Assembly: GCF_000315625.1 (NCBI RefSeq)
Contig: NW_005434506.1
Span: 1-64,000, forward strand
Source of the DNA: Guillardia theta CCMP2712
Lineage: Eukaryota > Protista > Cryptophyta
Direction of reading: 5' to 3'
DNA: 64,000 bases
Shown: piece after piece, positions 61,442 to 64,000 of the stretch
Numbering within the stretch: the first letter of the stretch is position 1
Layout: each line of letters opens with the position of its first letter
Notes under the pieces: generated by a model
Seen by the model: the letters and a program-made list of their open reading frames with translations, nothing else
What the model was told of the DNA's origin: nothing
Database searches by the model: none
Program-made: the position numbers and the translations under genes

Positions 61442-62911
61442 GGTGTAGGTGAAAAATTGACAGAGCTAATTTACATGCGTCACACAACCAACATTTCCCT
61501 CTCCTTGTCCTTCTACCTTTACCTTTCAGTCTGTGATGCCTATATCTTCTCCTCTCTATCGCTCTCTATCTCTCTCTGTCTCTCTATCTTGCTCTCTCTC
61601 GCTCTCTGTCTCTCTCCCTCCCTCTCTCCCAACCTCCCAACATCCCTCCCTCCCTCCCTCCCTATCCCTCCCTCCCTCTCGCTCTCTCTGTCTCTCTGTC
61701 TCTCTCTCCTCTATGTCTTTCATCTCCACTTACATCTGCTATCTGTCTTCTTCATCTTTGTTCTACGATCCTTGGCTGTACTGTTTTGCTTTCCCGCATA
61801 GCTTTATGCCTTCCTGACGAAAATCAATTTTTCATTCGCTTTCGCCCTATTTCATGACTCTTTTCCCTAGAACTTCCTCACTCGCTCCCCCAGGCATTCC
61901 CCTACGTACAACAACTTCATCTCGCAGAGAGGTTCCTTTCTTGAACCCCCCGTGCTTCAACACCTCATTCTCAATCTTGCCGGCATCCCTTGCGTGAGTG
62001 CCATCTGTATTTCCCCATCATTTTCTCATCTGCTCCATTCCCCTAGTACTCATCCTCGTCTTTCCCACTCGCTCCTGCCATTTTTTTCGCCCAATGGCCG
62101 GTTGTTCTTCCTTTTCCCAGTTTTTCCTCATGAGATTTTAAAATCCATATCTTTATTGATTTTACTCCTCCACTACTGTTACCCACCCACCCCACCCTGA
62201 AAACCACCCCACCGAGGCTTCTCTGAGTCATTGCACCCCTTTCTCTACTACCCACCCTGCTCGACACAATCATTCATCGCGAGCCAACACAAGTGGCATC
62301 TAACACCCGTTCAAGGACCCCTTGCCACCCCTCAAGTACGACTACCCACCGACCGTCTACTGAAGTACCGTAACTTTATCTGAGTCATCATACCCACCTA
62401 CCCCTCCAACATGTCAGTAGACAATTTCAAATCTACCCTGCTGATTTCAGGTCCGTGTCTACATGTGACAGTCATTGAAACCTCTGGTGTAGGTCCGGAG
62501 GACGGTCATGGCCGCAGGGTAACCCGGTGGGTGCCTCTCGGGCCGGCCCTAGTCCCGAGGCCCGGAACTAGGGGTGGGGTGGTCATCATTGAACTCCGAA
62601 CCACTGAATCCGGCACAGGGTGGGGGTACAACATGGCTGAGTCTCCGAGGACGGGTACTTCATATGGGAGTTTGTAGGGGTCCAGCTCGGCGGTCACTGA
62701 TGAGTCACAAGTACGTGCGTGGCGGCCGAACTTCACTACCGGACATACTACAAAGTAACTTAACTTTGAGTAAAGAACTAGGTAGTAACTTGTAATCATT
62801 TTCCAATCATCAATTTTCCTTGAATTCATTTTCGTATCATCCAATCATATCTCCCAGATTTCTGCCCGGCTCCATGAATTGATACCTGTCATACCCAGAC
62901 CCAAGTCCTTA

Positions 62912-63053
62912 TCATCTCCTCGTACCTTCCTCCTTGTCATCTCCTCGTACCTTCCTCCTTGTCATCTCCTCGTACCTTGATCCTTGTCATCTCCTCGTAA
63001 CTTCATCCCTATCATCTCCTCGTAACTTCATCCTTGTCATCACCTCGTACCTT
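62912..63053 (+). repeat. 25-bp minisatellite (TCATCTCCTCGTACCTTCCTCCTTG), about 6 diverging copies
   Basis: Units start at 62912, 62937, 62962, 62987, 63012 and 63037. Confidence 0.9.
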
Positions 63054-64000
63054 ACAGCGACTTCCTCAATTTCCTAGGATGAGCTTGAATCCCTTGCAAG
63101 AAGTATTCTCGAGGGAACTAATCATGACGCAATGCGCTATGTGTTGATCTTCGTGGATGCCCTTTGTTGTTACATGGAGCTTGAACTGTGATGGGTTAAC
63201 TCTTTATCGAAAGCTCTTCCTACGTCAATCGTAAAACGATTTGAAGTGCCACTGAAAGCCACGACAACAATTCTGCCAGACTAGATACATCAAGAAGGTC
63301 GCCAATTCACCTGATGACGACTTCATCATACAGAAGCTGAGCTCCATACACTCTCTGACAACGTCCAGAGAATTGTCATCTTTCGTGCTTTCTTTGCGTT
63401 CTGGGCATGGGTGTGAACAACACAACCCAACTCCTTCAGCTCAGCAGTGCATCGTCAATCAAGATCTTATTTGACAACCGTGCACTTGCTCAGATGTAAC
63501 TCGTCGAGCTCAACAAGGAAAACTTCGTTCCGGACCAGGTCTCGTCATATGATGAATTTGCTGATCTCTTAGTAAGATTCCATTTTACTTGTTTGTCGCA
63601 GTGCAATCGCCAATATCGGCTACATGCATCCGGATTTTGAATACCGCGGAAAACCAAAAAATCGCTGTTGTTGTTTTATGCTTCAGGGAACCCGACTCAG
63701 ACAATTTTGGCCGCAGAGCGCACTCTCCGTGGGGTCGGGTAAGTGCGATAGTCCAGGTCACAAACAACAGCAGAGAGTGTAATAGATTGTGGTGATGTGA
63801 TGTACTAAGACTTAGAGCGGTGAACGAACCCATCCAGGATCATCTCCTGCAAGTGTTCGTTATGTTGATTTGACAAGGCTTTGGGAGAAATCGCTCACGG
63901 GCGTCACCTGCTTGCTCCCGGCGTTGCGAGCTTCTTCTTTTCAAGTCCTCCCATCCCCCGGAGGCTCTCTCCCCCCTCCCGATGTAGATATATCCTGCTG

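Noticed and set aside
62912-63053. Possible CRISPR-like array
   Set aside because: The units are directly adjacent with no unique spacers, there are no cas genes, and the context is eukaryotic. It is a minisatellite.

Overview
Eukaryotic nuclear DNA with dense, intron-rich genes (short GT-AG introns, often swollen with simple repeats) and three 100-N gaps. The TTTAGGG repeat, RWP-RK and SHAQKYF-MYB factors, and signal-peptide leaders with a +1 Phe or LRLRGG suggest a cryptophyte alga (Guillardia theta-like; inference). Recognisable genes are: a large LRR plus beta-helix protein, a ZIFL-like MFS transporter, an RWP-RK factor, an HRDC protein, PRP38 with a C-terminal HIND-like motif, a dually acylated rhodanese, a MYB factor, a 2OG-Fe(II) oxygenase-GNAT fusion, an intronless HNH endonuclease-protein kinase fusion, a decayed WRN/EXD2-type exonuclease, SURF1 and several hypothetical proteins. 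The most notable observations are: (1) the HNH-kinase fusion, head-to-head with an exonuclease pseudogene; (2) a Crypton-like tyrosine recombinase fragment cut off by a telomere-type array; (3) a recurring non-coding layout of GC-rich palindromic-word islands, TACCCC-rich blocks always 5' of genes, and a repeated 16-mer CTTAACTTTGAGTAAA; (4) a 166-bp inverted repeat. Exon boundaries were read by eye, so the ends of multi-exon genes are approximate.
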